A program made the translations under genes and the position numbers. A stretch of DNA of 63,904 bases, filler included, from Octopus bimaculoides (lineage: Eukaryota): the NCBI RefSeq assembly GCF_001194135.2. It is 6 parts of 5 records of this genome, joined end to end, with 100 filler letters (N's around TTAATTAATTAA, not from the genome) between each part and the next. Parts side by side here need not be neighbours in the genome. Positions count along the whole stretch, not along the records: positions 49,524 to 59,226 come from NC_068991.1; positions 59,327 to 62,755 come from NC_069002.1; positions 62,856 to 63,904 come from NC_068981.1; 3 more parts are not named here. One strand, written 5' to 3'. Within the stretch, counting starts at the first letter, position 1. The number at the start of each line of letters is the position of its first letter. The notes beneath the pieces were generated by a model. That model was given only the letters and a program-made list of their open reading frames with translations, had not been told where the DNA came from and ran no database searches. Positions 53,315 to 63,904 of this stretch are shown here, one piece after another.

Positions 53315-53472
53315 CGGGGAAAATGTTTAGCGGCATTTTATACGTCTTTACGATCTGAATTTAAATTCTGCCGCGGTCAACTCTACCTTTCATATTTTGG
53401 GGAACGAAGAATTAAGTACAGTTGAGTGACATGGTCGATATAATCGACTAACTTCTCTTCCAAAATTTCAGG
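53315..53472 (+). mobile_element. SINE family B, decayed
   Basis: aaatgtttagcggcattt...tttaaattctgccgcggtcaactctacctttcat...caaaatttcaggc. Confidence 0.75.
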
Positions 53473-53762
53473 CAGATATATCAACCCACACGGTGTGTTT
53501 CTACATAATCACAGTCTGTAAACCTACAACCAATGCCATTTGGTGGTAAAAGGAAAGGCATTGGTGACCAACACCCGAGGATATAGTATACAAAGCATTA
53601 ATCTAAGACGTTATAGAGTGGGATCATTCTTCAAGCGACTTATCGGCAAATCGATCAATTTATCTTAAAAGAAACGTCCTTGCTTGCGCCCTAGCAGGTA
53701 TATATTGGCGTCTAAAGTATTATACGCGCGAGCGAGTATGTGTGTATGTGTGTGCGCGCGCG

Positions 53763-53808
<46 letters not shown>

Positions 53809-54219
53809 CGTGTGAGTGTGTCTATGTGTGTGTAGGAGTCACAACCGCTAGCTATCAAGACAAATTCGTGAGAAATAGAACATGTATCAGCACATGTTTT
53901 CATACGAATTCCAATGTTTGTGTGTGGTCAGTTTTGGCTTATCAAACAGAAAATGATTACGCGACAATCCGTCGTGACTATATCACTACTCGTAGCAGTA
54001 GTAGCAGTAGTGGTTTCCCACCTTAGGCTGGTTAGTAACAAGTCAATAACACACACACACACACAAAGTTACTTAATGTCAAACGACTGAGATAAGAGTA
54101 CTCAATAATGTTGTAGAGGATATGACTTTTTCTAATCAAAATTGAAACTGGAAGTTGTCTCGCGACTCGAGTTTCACTTGTAATAAAAGAAATTAAAACT
54201 AAATACACACACACACACA

Positions 54220-54253
<34 letters not shown>

Positions 54254-54347
54254 AATATATATGTATGTATGTATGTATGTATGTGTACGCACACATACAT
54301 ACACACATAGAAATAGTGTGTGCGCGCTCAGCTGTTTNNNNNNNNNN

Positions 54348-54381
<34 letters not shown>

Positions 54382-55874
54382 GTATCCGAAATGCATAGTA
54401 TTAAATATCCATCGCAGCTGGTTTTACCAATCGGTTTCGCGTAAAGAATACAATGGAGTGTTAGGTAACAAACCGCTTATATAACTTTACACTCATCAGA
54501 GTTAGCCGACATAGAAGGGAATATGGCGACTGCTCTCTATTGTCGGAGGTGGGTTAGCACAAACGGTCAGCGGTTGCTGTGAAAACAGGTAGTGGAACGA
54601 AAAATGGCCAGGAGATAAATTAGGAGTTATGTCACTTGATTGGTTATGCTGTGAAGCCGGCAACAGTTATCTTGAAGTGGGGAAAGTGTGTATAATTAAT
54701 GTGGTGTTCCTGTGGGGATGGGGTGTGTGATATGTGTAGCGGGGTCATGTGTATAATTTTTTCCGGGGGTGTGGGTATATATAGCTGTGTTCGTTGGGCT
54801 GCTTTCTTTCTGTAAAGGATAAAATCGTGGCGGGGTTATGTTAGCGTGCGGTATGTAATGTATGTGTGTAGGATCTGTGTGCATGTGGGGGTACAATTTG
54901 TGTGAAAGGGTATATGTAAGCGGGAGAGATAAGTTTAAGTTGGGGGGGGNNNNNNNNNNNNNNNNNNNNNNNNNNNNNNNNNNNNNNNNNNNNNNNNNNN
55001 NNNNNNNNNNNNNNNNNNNNNNNNNNNNNNNNNNNNNNNNNNNNNNNNNNNNNNNNNNNNNNNNNNNNNNNNNNNNNNNNNNNNNNNNNNNNNNNNNNNN
55101 NNNNNNNNNNNNNNNNNNNNNNNNNNNNNNNNNNNNNNNNNNNNNNNNNNNNNNNNNNNNNNNNNNNNNNNNNNNNNNNNNNNNNNNNNNNNNNNNNNNN
55201 NNNNNNNNNNNNNNNNNNNNNNNNNNNNNNNNNNNNNNNNNNNNNNNNNNNNNNNNNNNNNNNNNNNNNNNNNNNNNNNNNNNNNNNNNNNNNNNNNNNN
55301 NNNNNNNNNNNNNNNNNNNNNNNNNNNNNNNNNNNNNNNNNNNNNNNNNNNNNNNNNNNNNNNNNNNNNNNNNNNNNNNNNNNNNNNNNNNNNNNNNNNN
55401 NNNNNNNNNNNNNNNNNNNNNNNNNNNNNNNNNNNNNNNNNNNNNNNNNNNNNNNNNNNNNNNNNNNNNNNNNNNNNNNNNNNNNNNNNNNNNNNNNNNN
55501 NNNNNNNNNNNNNNNNNNNNNNNNNNNNNNNNNNNNNNNNNNNNNNNNNNNNNNNNNNNNNNNNNNNNNNNNNNNNNNNNNNNNNNNNNNNNNNNNNNNN
55601 NNNNNNNNNNNNNNNNNNNNNNNNNNNNNNNNNNNNNNNNNNNNNNNNNNNNNNNNNNNNNNNNNNNNNNNNNNNNNNNNNNNNNNNNNNNNNNNNNNNN
55701 NNNNNNNNNNNNNNNNNNNNNNNNNNNNNNNNNNNNNNNNNNNNNNNNNNNNNNNNNNNNNNNNNNNNNNNNNNNNNNNNNNNNNNNNNNNNNNNNNNNN
55801 NNNNNNNNNNNNNNNNNNNNNNNNNNNNNNNNNNNNNNNNNNNNNNNTATATATATATATATATATATATATTA

Positions 55875-56045
55875 CGTTCCCGTAACTTAGCGGTTCTGCA
55901 AAACAGGCCGATAGAATAGGTATTAGGCTTTGAAAAAAAAAGTTCTGAAGTCGATTTGTTCGACTAAGACTCATCAAGGCGGTGCTCCAGCATGGCCGCA
56001 GTCAAATGACGACTGAAACAAGTAAACGAGTAAACGAGTAAACGA
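55875..56045 (+). mobile_element. SINE family C 3' module with (GAGTAAAC)n tail
   Basis: cccgtaacttagcggttctgcaaaac...ggcggtgctccagcatggccgcagtcaaatgac...gtaaacgagtaaacgagtaaacg. Confidence 0.87.
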
Positions 56046-56269
56046 ATGCTTTAAGTTATTTTGTCCGGCACTCTTATGAAAGCGATGATGCACTTAAAAA
56101 GTTATCGGTGGTGCATCAGCATGGCCGCAGCTCTAAGCTGAAACTATAAACAAATAACAAATAATAAACAAATAATAATACAGAGTAAAAATTTAAGCTG
56201 TTGAAATGAGACACGAAGATTAGATAAGACAGACGGAAAGACAGACCGACAGACAGATCGATAGGCAGG

Positions 56270-56338
<69 letters not shown>

Positions 56339-56350
56339 TGACAGACAGAC

Positions 56351-56391
<41 letters not shown>

Positions 56392-56726
56392 NNNNNNNNN
56401 NNNNNNNNNNNNNNNNNNNNNNNNNNNNNNNNNNNNNNNNNNNNNNNNNNNNNNNNNNNNNNNNNNNNNNNNNNNNNNNNNNNNNNNNNNNNNNNNNNNN
56501 NTTAAGGACGCGCGTGCAGTAATGTTGATTAAAATGAAGTTGATAAGTTCAAATAAAGGCCGGCGGCGTAGGTACAGATTTGAGAAAAATTCCTTTCACC
56601 AACACACACATACACTCACATGCAAACACATGACAATCATGTACTCTTCTGCACAAATACACGCAGACACTTAAAAATATTTACTTACAAATATTTTCAC
56701 ACCCACACGAGTTCACGAACTGACAC

Positions 56727-56771
<45 letters not shown>

Positions 56772-56816
56772 TGTGGATTATGTTATCATATCATTGTGTG
56801 AAACACTCCTAAAATA

Positions 56817-56857
56817 ATGTCGATTCACTTCTTCATAATGTCGATTCACTTCTTCAT
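56817..56857. repeat. 21-bp tandem duplication
   Basis: atgtcgattcacttcttcata x2. Confidence 0.9.
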
Positions 56858-56925
56858 TCTACTGAATGAATGGAGGAAAAGGAAGGACAATTATCTCTCG
56901 CGTTACCTTCTCTCCCGCTCCCCCA

Positions 56926-56962
<37 letters not shown>

Positions 56963-57089
56963 TTCTCTCTCTCCTTCTCTCTCTCTCTCTCGTTCTGGCC
57001 ACTGGTGATGCCCTCCAATTTCGAGCGAGATTTGAAATTCCCAAGTATATTTTTGTGTCATTTTAACTATTCTTTTATTCGTTTAGTTG

Positions 57090-57190
57090 TTCCATTTATT
57101 TGACTGCAGTCATACTGGAGCGCCGCCTTGAATTTTTAGTCGAATGAATCGGCCCCAGGACTTATTATTAAAGCCTAGTATTTATTCTTC
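57090..57190 (-). mobile_element. SINE family C 3' fragment
   Basis: tttgactgcagtcatactggagcgccgccttgaatttttagtcgaatgaatcggccccaggacttat. Confidence 0.8.
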
Positions 57191-58221
57191 CCCATTGACA
57201 GGCCCCTTGTATGTGTCGTTACGTTGGATTATAAGGATAAGGTAATTAGGTAAATGGATGGAGGCGTTTTGGATTGATGGTATGGCTGTTATTGTATGTA
57301 CGGAATAGTTTTACAAGACATTCATTTGATATATACATACATATATATATATATATGTATATGTAAGGGACGACCGTGCGAACTCAAAAAGGAGATATGG
57401 TGACGAATGGAAAAACAGGGGACTCCTTTTATTTAAACGTGTCACACGGTCGAACACACAATAATATATCGATGGATGATATACATGATATGTTATACGA
57501 CGATAACATAGATGACCAGTAATGAAAGAACACAACCGTATTAGATGAATAACAGAGATATTTATTATAGCGTTAAAGATGTATGTCTGTGTGAGAGTGT
57601 GAATGCGACATATAATAACATAATCAAAGACAGGCCGTCATACAAAGAAAAGTGTGTATGTGAGTGATACATGTGTGAGTTATTACAGCAGATAGAAAGA
57701 GTCAGTNNNNNNNNNNNNNNNNNNNNNNNNNNNNNNNNNNNNNNNNNNNNNNNNNNNNNNNNNNNNNNNNNNNNNNNNNNNNNNNNNNNNNNNNNNNNNN
57801 NNNNNNNNNNNNNNNNNNNNNNNNNNNNNNNNNNNNNNNNNNNNNNNNNNNNNNNNNNNNNNNNNNNNNNNNNNNNNNNNNNNNNNNNNNNNNNNNNNNN
57901 NNNNNNNNNNNNNNNNNNNNNNNNNNNNNNNNNNNNNNNNNNNNNNNNNNNNNNNNNNNNNNNNNNNNNNNNNNNNNNNNNNNNNNNNNNNNNNNNNNNN
58001 NNNNNNNNNNNNNNNNNNNNNNNNNNNNNNNNNNNNNNNNNNNNNNNNNNNNNNNNNNNNNNNNNNNNNNNNNNNNNNNNNNNNNNNNNNNNNNNNNNNN
58101 NNNNNNNNNNNNNNNNNNNNNNNNNNNNNNNNNNNNNNNNNNNNNNNNNNNNNNNNNNNNNNNNNNNNNNNNNNNNNNNNNNNNNNNNNNNNNNNNNNNN
58201 NNNNNNNNNNNNNNNNNNNNN

Positions 58222-58442
58222 GTGTGTATGTTTGTGTGTCTGTGTTTGTCCCTCCACCATCACTTGCCAACCGATGCCGGTGTGTGTTTACGTCCTAGTA
58301 ACTTAGCGGTTCGGCAAAAGAGGCCGATAGAATAAGTACTAGGCTTATAAAGAATAAGTCCTGGGGGTCGATTCTTTTACAACTAAAGACGGTGCTCCAG
58401 CATGGCCGCAGTCAAATGACTGAGAGAAAAGAATAAAAGAGT
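58222..58442 (+). mobile_element. SINE family C 3' module
   Basis: gtgtctgtgtttgtccc...gtaacttagcggttcggcaaaagag...gacggtgctccagcatggccgcagtcaaatgactga. Confidence 0.9.
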
Positions 58443-58445
58443 ATC

Positions 58446-58478
<33 letters not shown>

Positions 58479-58499
58479 AAGAGAGAGTGTGGGGGGTGT

Positions 58500-58720
58500 A
58501 AATATTTCAACACGTTGAACCGTTAATCCCGACAGATTTTTTACTTCCCGGTTTCTTTCTTCTCCTTTTCTCCAACCTTTCCCCTGAACCCCTTCTGTCG
58601 AAGAGCGTAGGCTCTAAACGTCAAAGACTCTTCCATTCTTCCCGGGCGACATACTAATACACCTGCTTATTGTTTCCTTACCTGCCTTCGTCTTTTGTCT
58701 TCTGTACATTTCAACTACCT
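58500..58720 (+). mobile_element. Penelope-like element terminal fragment (second copy)
   Basis: ctgtcgaagagcgtaggctctaaacgtcaaagac...ttcccgggcgacatactaatac is homologous to the reverse complement of 32225-32410. Confidence 0.6.
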
Positions 58721-59019
58721 GTACGCGCGCGCGCGTGTGCGTGTGCCTGTCTGTCTGTCTGTCTATACATATATATAGCACAAAAATGCTAACACTAAAA
58801 TCTGATACTGACCCCAAGAAACCATTTATGGACACCGGTTTAATCAAATATTATTCACTATTACAAATTCTCAAGATTCACACTTACAGAAGGCTCCCAT
58901 ATTTGCTAATTAGGCAGAATTACGACGCGAGATAGAATAAAAGGCCTTCGCGTCTCAATATGGGTATCCCATTAAAACTTCAATTTATACCACAAGGTAC
59001 TGCAGTGGCTTGTACGCCT

Positions 59020-59105
59020 CAGTGATTTTAACAGCTATGCCAGCTAAACACAGTGATTTTAACAGCTATGCCAGCTAAACACAGTGATTTTAACAGCTAT
59101 GCCAG
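59020..59105. repeat. 31-bp perfect tandem repeat, ~2.8 copies
   Basis: cagtgattttaacagctatgccagctaaaca at 59020, 59051 and (partial) 59082. Confidence 0.93.
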
Positions 59106-59383
59106 TAGGGCCTGCTCTACTGGACAGGCCAAAAGATGTACGGCGAGCTTCCACATAGTTTCCGTTTGTAAAACTTACTTTCGAGGAATTAATCGGTGAA
59201 AAGATATAGTAAAAGGCACTTGCCCGNNNNNNNNNNNNNNNNNNNNNNNNNNNNNNNNNNNNNNNNNNNNTTAATTAATTAANNNNNNNNNNNNNNNNNN
59301 NNNNNNNNNNNNNNNNNNNNNNNNNNGGTAGTATATATCATTCAAGTTCTTTGTTTCTTTTCTTTTTTTTTTTAAAATATTAG

Positions 59384-59508
59384 TGGTGGAATTTCTTTAA
59401 AACCTGCAAATAATATGGACAAGATGAGAGGCGATATGGGTGGTGCAGCCTGTGTAGTTGGAACGATTCTAGGCGTGTGTAAACTTGGATTACCGATCCA
59501 TTTGAAAG
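59384..59508 (+). CDS. LAP3: M17 cytosol leucyl aminopeptidase, internal exon (125 nt): (S)[41 protein letters not shown](A)
   Basis: Poly-T tract with tag| acceptor and |gtaagc donor. Contains the catalytic Lys (GGISLK) and metal-ligand Asp (DMGGAA) motifs. Its 3' phase (1) matches the next exon. Confidence 0.95.
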
Positions 59509-59524
59509 GTAAGCATGGCAAGGA

Positions 59525-60770
59525 TCTTTCCAGTCAAAGTATCTTATGATTTGGTGTCAATTGACGGGGCTGTATCATCCTGCCAAATGTCCTGTCCATG
59601 CAGGCATAAACAGATTGGGAGCCAAAACCCAACCCTAACAGACCCTGGGTCTAACTGGAAAAAAATCAGATGTTGAGCCCCCAATCTCAACTGTGCTCGC
59701 TGTCCCTGTATACAAGGCTGCCATCAGCCTGATCAGTTGGGGAGGTATGTGTTGCAACTGCAGAATCCTCCAGAGTGCATCCCTGTCCCCTGAGTCAAAT
59801 CCTTTGCAGTGGTTGACATAAGCTGCTACAGCCCCTGCCAAAAACTCTGCCTGTGTTTGATGAGTATTCGGATATCCAGGACCCTGTCAGTAGTTGTCTT
59901 CTCTGGCATGAACCCTGACTGCTCTATAGTTGCAAAATCTGGACCCTCAAGGGCTGCCTGAACTCCTCTGGTATCCGGATGCTTTGCAGGATTATAGGTT
60001 ATCAATAATCAGGTTTCATATCCATTCAATGATGATATTCAGAAACTGGGGCACATCCTATTACTTGAATGATTGATTTGGGAGCATCAGTGTAGACTGT
60101 TTGGTCATGTTATTCTTTTATTCTTTTACCCATTTCAATCATTTGACTGTGGCCATGCTAGAGCACCGCCTTGAAGGATTTTAGTCAAACAAATCGACCT
60201 CAGGACTTATTATTTTAAGCCTTGTACTCATTCTAAGTTTTTTTTGTCAAACTGCTAAGTTACGGGGATGTAAACACACCAACACCGGTTTTCAAGTGGT
60301 TTGGGTTGGACAAATACAGATACAAAGTCACACATACATATATATATACATATATATATGACAGGCTTCTTTCAGTTTCCGTCTACTAGATCCACTCACA
60401 AGGCTTTGGTCAGCCTGAGGCTATAGTAGAAGACACTTGTCCAAGGTGCCATGCAGTGGGACTGAACCCAGAACCATGTGGTTGGAAAGTAAGCTTCTTA
60501 CTGTACAGCCACGCTGGATTTTCAGAGTTGGATCCTGTGTATCGTGTTCCCTTTTCTGAGGATTCAGTTAGGACGACGCTTTGCTTTGGTTGACCCCCAT
60601 GTCTCCTGGTAAATGAGGACGTATTTCATAGAGAAGGGAACTGACTAAGGGGACATGATCAGAAGTTTACCTGTGACGACCCAGCAAATACTGACAAATG
60701 GTGGATACAGCAATACACTGCAAAGGCGCAAGGCCCCATTCCTGACCTGACCTGACCTGACCTGACCTGG
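59525..60770 (+). mobile_element. RTE-clade LINE with inverted 5' segment, interrupted by a SINE, with (CCTGA)5 tail
   Basis: Minus strand 59924->59525: EQSGFMPEKTTTDRVLDIR..AAYVNHCKGFDSGDRDALW..VLAPNLF. Plus strand from 59922: LYSCKIWTL..RMLCRIIGY..RLFGHV, continuing after the SINE as FSELDPVYRV; tail at 60741-60765. Confidence 0.82.
60113..60513 (-). mobile_element. Full-length SINE family C (tRNA head, CORE-like block, microsatellite linker, 3' module)
   Basis: Reverse complement runs gtggctgtacagtaagaagc...gcaccttggacaagtgtcttctactatagcc...(TA) linker...catccccgtaacttagcag...ggcggtgctctagcatggccacagtcaaatga. It shows that the head and 3' modules are one element. Confidence 0.92.
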
Positions 60771-60837
60771 CTGATTTCTACCTTAAAAACAATATTGTCC
60801 ATGGGCCTAAACAAAATAAATGTTTGTTTGTTTTCAG

Positions 60838-60926
60838 CCTTAATTCCATTGTGTGAAAACATGCCAGGTAGCAGAGCTGTTAAACCCGGAGATGTCGTTA
60901 CTGCCATGAATGGGACGACTATCCAA
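60838..60926 (+). CDS. LAP3: M17 leucyl aminopeptidase, internal exon (89 nt): (A)LIPLCENMPGSRAVKPGDVVTAMNGTTIQ
   Basis: ttttcag| acceptor and |gtaagt donor; conserved PLCENMP and KPGDVV motifs; phase 1 to phase 0. Confidence 0.96.
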
Positions 60927-61375
60927 GTAAGTTAATCTTTTCTGTTNNNNNNNNNNNNNNNNNNNNNNNNNNNNNNNNNNNNNNNNNNNNNNNNNNNNNN
61001 NNNNNNNNNNNNNNNNNNNNNNNNNNNNNNNNNNNNNNNNNNNNNNNNNNNNNNNNNNNNNNNNNNNNNNNNNNNNNNNNNNNNNNNNNNNNNNNNNNNN
61101 NNNNNNNNNNNNNNNNNNNNNNNNNNNNNNNNNNNNNNNNNNNNNNNNNNNNNNNNNNNNNNNNNNNNNNNNNNNNNNNNNNNNNNNNNNNNNNNNNNNN
61201 NNNNNNNNNNNNNNNNNNNNNNNNNNNNNNNNNNNNNNNNNNNNNNNNNNNNNNNNNNNNNNNNNNNNNNNNNNNNNNNNNNNNNNNNNNNNNNNNNNNN
61301 NNNNNNNNNNNNNNNNNNNNNNNNNNNNNNNNNNNNNNNNNNNNNNNNNNNNNNNNNNNNNNNACCGCACTTGGG

Positions 61376-61850
61376 ACTGAACCAAAAACCACATGGCATG
61401 GGTTGGAGGATTTGACTGAGGGCTGCACCAGACTCCAATCTGATCTGGCAGAGTTTCTACAGCTGGATGCCCTTCCTAACATCAACCACTTTGAGAGTGT
61501 AGTGGGTGCTTTTTACGTGCCACTGGCACGAGGGCCAGTCAGCATCACTGGCAATGACCACGCTCGAATGGTGCTTTTTACGTACCATGGGCATGGGACC
61601 AATCAGACGGCACTGGCATTGACCACACTTGAATGGTGCTTTTAATGTGCCACTGGCATGGGACCAGTCAGGAGATACTGGCAATGACCATGCTTGAATG
61701 GTGCTTTTTATGTACCACAGGCACAGGACCAATCAGGCGGCACTGGCATCGACCATGCTTGAATAGTGCTTTTTACGTGCCACCAGCACGGGTGCCAATC
61801 AGGCGGTACTGTCATCAGCCACGACAACGACTTCACTTGCCTCAACAGGT
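61376..61850. mobile_element. Interspersed element (gagtttctacagctggatgcccttcctaac motif) carrying an internal 65-bp array
   Basis: I associate the motif with RTE-related repeats, but the family is not identified; the array is listed separately. Confidence 0.5.
61506..61826. repeat. 65-bp minisatellite, 5 units with alternating A/B variants
   Basis: gtgctttt anchors at 61506, 61571, 61636, 61701 and 61766 (exact 65-bp spacing). Confidence 0.9.
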
Positions 61851-61857
61851 CTTCGCA

Positions 61858-61896
<39 letters not shown>

Positions 61897-62121
61897 GTGT
61901 GTCAGTGTGTATTTGTTTGTCACTTCTTCTTGACATCTACAACTACGATCACTGTCGTACAAGCACTGTCTATCGAAGAGCAGGTCACTCTTCTTGGCTC
62001 AGTCTGACTTGTTGAAAACAAAACCAAGATGGTGTATAGTTTCATCGATGAAAGGAGAAACATTTCAAGAATATACACAACAAATATATCTCCGTCTCTT
62101 AGATTCATAACACTGATGCTA

Positions 62122-62527
62122 CGAAGACTGCGGCCATGCTGGGGCACTGCCTTGAAGCAGTTTTAGTCGATTGAATCGATACCAGTACTTACTTTTTTAA
62201 AGTCTAGCACTTACTCTATTGGTCTCTTTTACTGCACCGTTAAGTTATGGGGATGTAAACACACCAACGCTGGTTATCAAACAGTGGCAGGGGACAAACA
62301 CAGACATACATGTACACACAAAGATATATATATATATATATGTATAGATAGATAGATAGATAGAGAGATGTATAATAGGCTTCTTTTAGTTTCCATCAAC
62401 CAAATCCACTCACAAGGCTTTGGTTGGCCTGAGGTTATACTAGAAGACACTTGCCCAAGATGCTGTGCAGTAGGACTGAACCCGGAACCATGTGGTTTGG
62501 AAGCAAACTTCTTACCACACAGCCACA
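62122..62527 (-). mobile_element. Full-length SINE family C
   Basis: Same structure as 60113-60513; head ends ...aagcaaacttcttaccacacagccac, ~30 bp upstream of the LAP acceptor. Confidence 0.92.
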
Positions 62528-62557
62528 TCTAATTTAATATTATTTCTTCTTCCCTAG

Positions 62558-62695
<138 letters not shown>

Positions 62696-62855
62696 TAATT
62701 TTCATTTAATTAAATCACAAATTCCATTTCAATGTTGTTGACTTTCTCTTATAACNNNNNNNNNNNNNNNNNNNNNNNNNNNNNNNNNNNNNNNNNNNNT
62801 TAATTAATTAANNNNNNNNNNNNNNNNNNNNNNNNNNNNNNNNNNNNNNNNNNNN

Positions 62856-62927
<72 letters not shown>

Positions 62928-62952
62928 GGGTGTGTGTGTGTGTGTGCGTGTG

Positions 62953-62983
<31 letters not shown>

Positions 62984-63357
62984 ATGTCTCTCCATGTATG
63001 TGTTTATGTATGGGTATATGTTTGTGTGTGAGTTTGTGTTAGTATTAGTGTTCGTATATGAGTTTATTTGTAATTTATCACACCCTCTTGTAACATTATA
63101 TAAAAAAAATGACTCTGAACTATCACTTTGAAAACGTCTTGTAAACTTATAAACATATAATTATTGAAATGGCGGAATTACGGGAAAAGTTATTCCTATT
63201 AATATTGTTGTATTGTGGGATGGGCATTTTTTCTTTGCCAAGTAAACACCCGCACTATATATTCGTTCACCACTCGCTTATTACTGTTCTTATAATATCT
63301 CTTCTCCATTATGTGGAAATATTTCGTCACCAGGAGCACAAACGAGGACGGAGTGTA

Positions 63358-63397
63358 TCGCTGATGATGTTACAGATATGTAACGAAAGATTTCTGG
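63358..63397 (+). ncRNA. Minimal type-I hammerhead ribozyme-like motif
   Basis: TCG-CTGATGA-T-GTTACA-GATA-TGTAAC-GAA-AGATTT-C-TGG: intact core, 6-bp helix II, near-palindromic helix III, UUC site, weak helix I. Confidence 0.55.
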
Positions 63398-63467
63398 ACA
63401 ATGGACATGAGTTAAAATAAGAAAAGTAATAAATGACGGAAGTACCAAATATAGTGTGTTTGATTAT

Positions 63468-63622
63468 GTGGCGGCTGTGTGGTAAGTAGCTTGCTTAACA
63501 ACCACATGGCTCCGCGTTCAGTCCCATTGCGTGGCACATTGGACAAGTGTCTACTACTATAGCCTCGGGCCGACCAAAGCCTTGTGAGCGGATTTGGTAC
63601 AGAGAAACTTAATAAGCCCGTA
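63468..63622 (+). mobile_element. SINE family C head
   Basis: gtggcggctgtgtggtaagtagcttgc...gttcagtcccattgcgtggcacattggacaagtgtctactactatagcctcgggccgaccaaagccttgtgag. Confidence 0.9.
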
Positions 63623-63623
63623 G

Positions 63624-63661
<38 letters not shown>

Positions 63662-63904
63662 CATAAATATACAGGGATTAGCACTGAGTTGCTTCTCCAA
63701 CATACTGAAAATTTAGAAATAGCAGTCAAAGAACTACTGATTCTAAACTACAGATTTTCCTCCAAATGGATGGCGATATTTATGGCACACATAGAACAAA
63801 AAACCGGAGGGGAAAGCATAAACAAAACAAGTCTTTAGTTAATCGGATACGATCGTTTCATGGTTAAGAGAATGAAAAATCCCTATTCCATTCCTCAGTC
63901 CGAT

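Noticed and set aside
54700-54949. Irregular GT-rich sequence before a gap
   Set aside because: It looks like a low-quality contig end or degenerate (GT)n ending in poly-G, and is not interpretable.
61506-61826. CRISPR-like array
   Set aside because: Whole units are homologous with no unique spacers; eukaryotic context and no cas genes.

Overview
This is an AT-rich, microsatellite-dense animal genomic scaffold with many N gaps. Its tRNA-derived SINEs resemble those I associate with octopus, so cephalopod origin is an inference. The only confident protein-coding content is three + strand exons of an M17 cytosol leucyl aminopeptidase (LAP3-like) near the right end (59384-59508, 60838-60926, 62558-62660). 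They have intact catalytic motifs and matching splice phases, but the gene's 5' exons are not visible. The rest is a transposon landscape: an internally deleted mariner, a foldback MITE with a divergent telomeric-repeat core, three R4/Dong-like RLE LINE remnants, Tx1/L1 remnants, an RTE LINE with a 5' inversion, a deleted Gypsy element with LTR and PPT, Penelope-type termini with hammerhead-like motifs, and over 25 SINE copies or fragments. Almost all ORFs in the supplied track are artefacts of microsatellites or N runs. I found no convincing new multi-gene system. The best leads are the minimal hammerhead-like motifs, the telomere-core MITE and the inverted RTE insertion.
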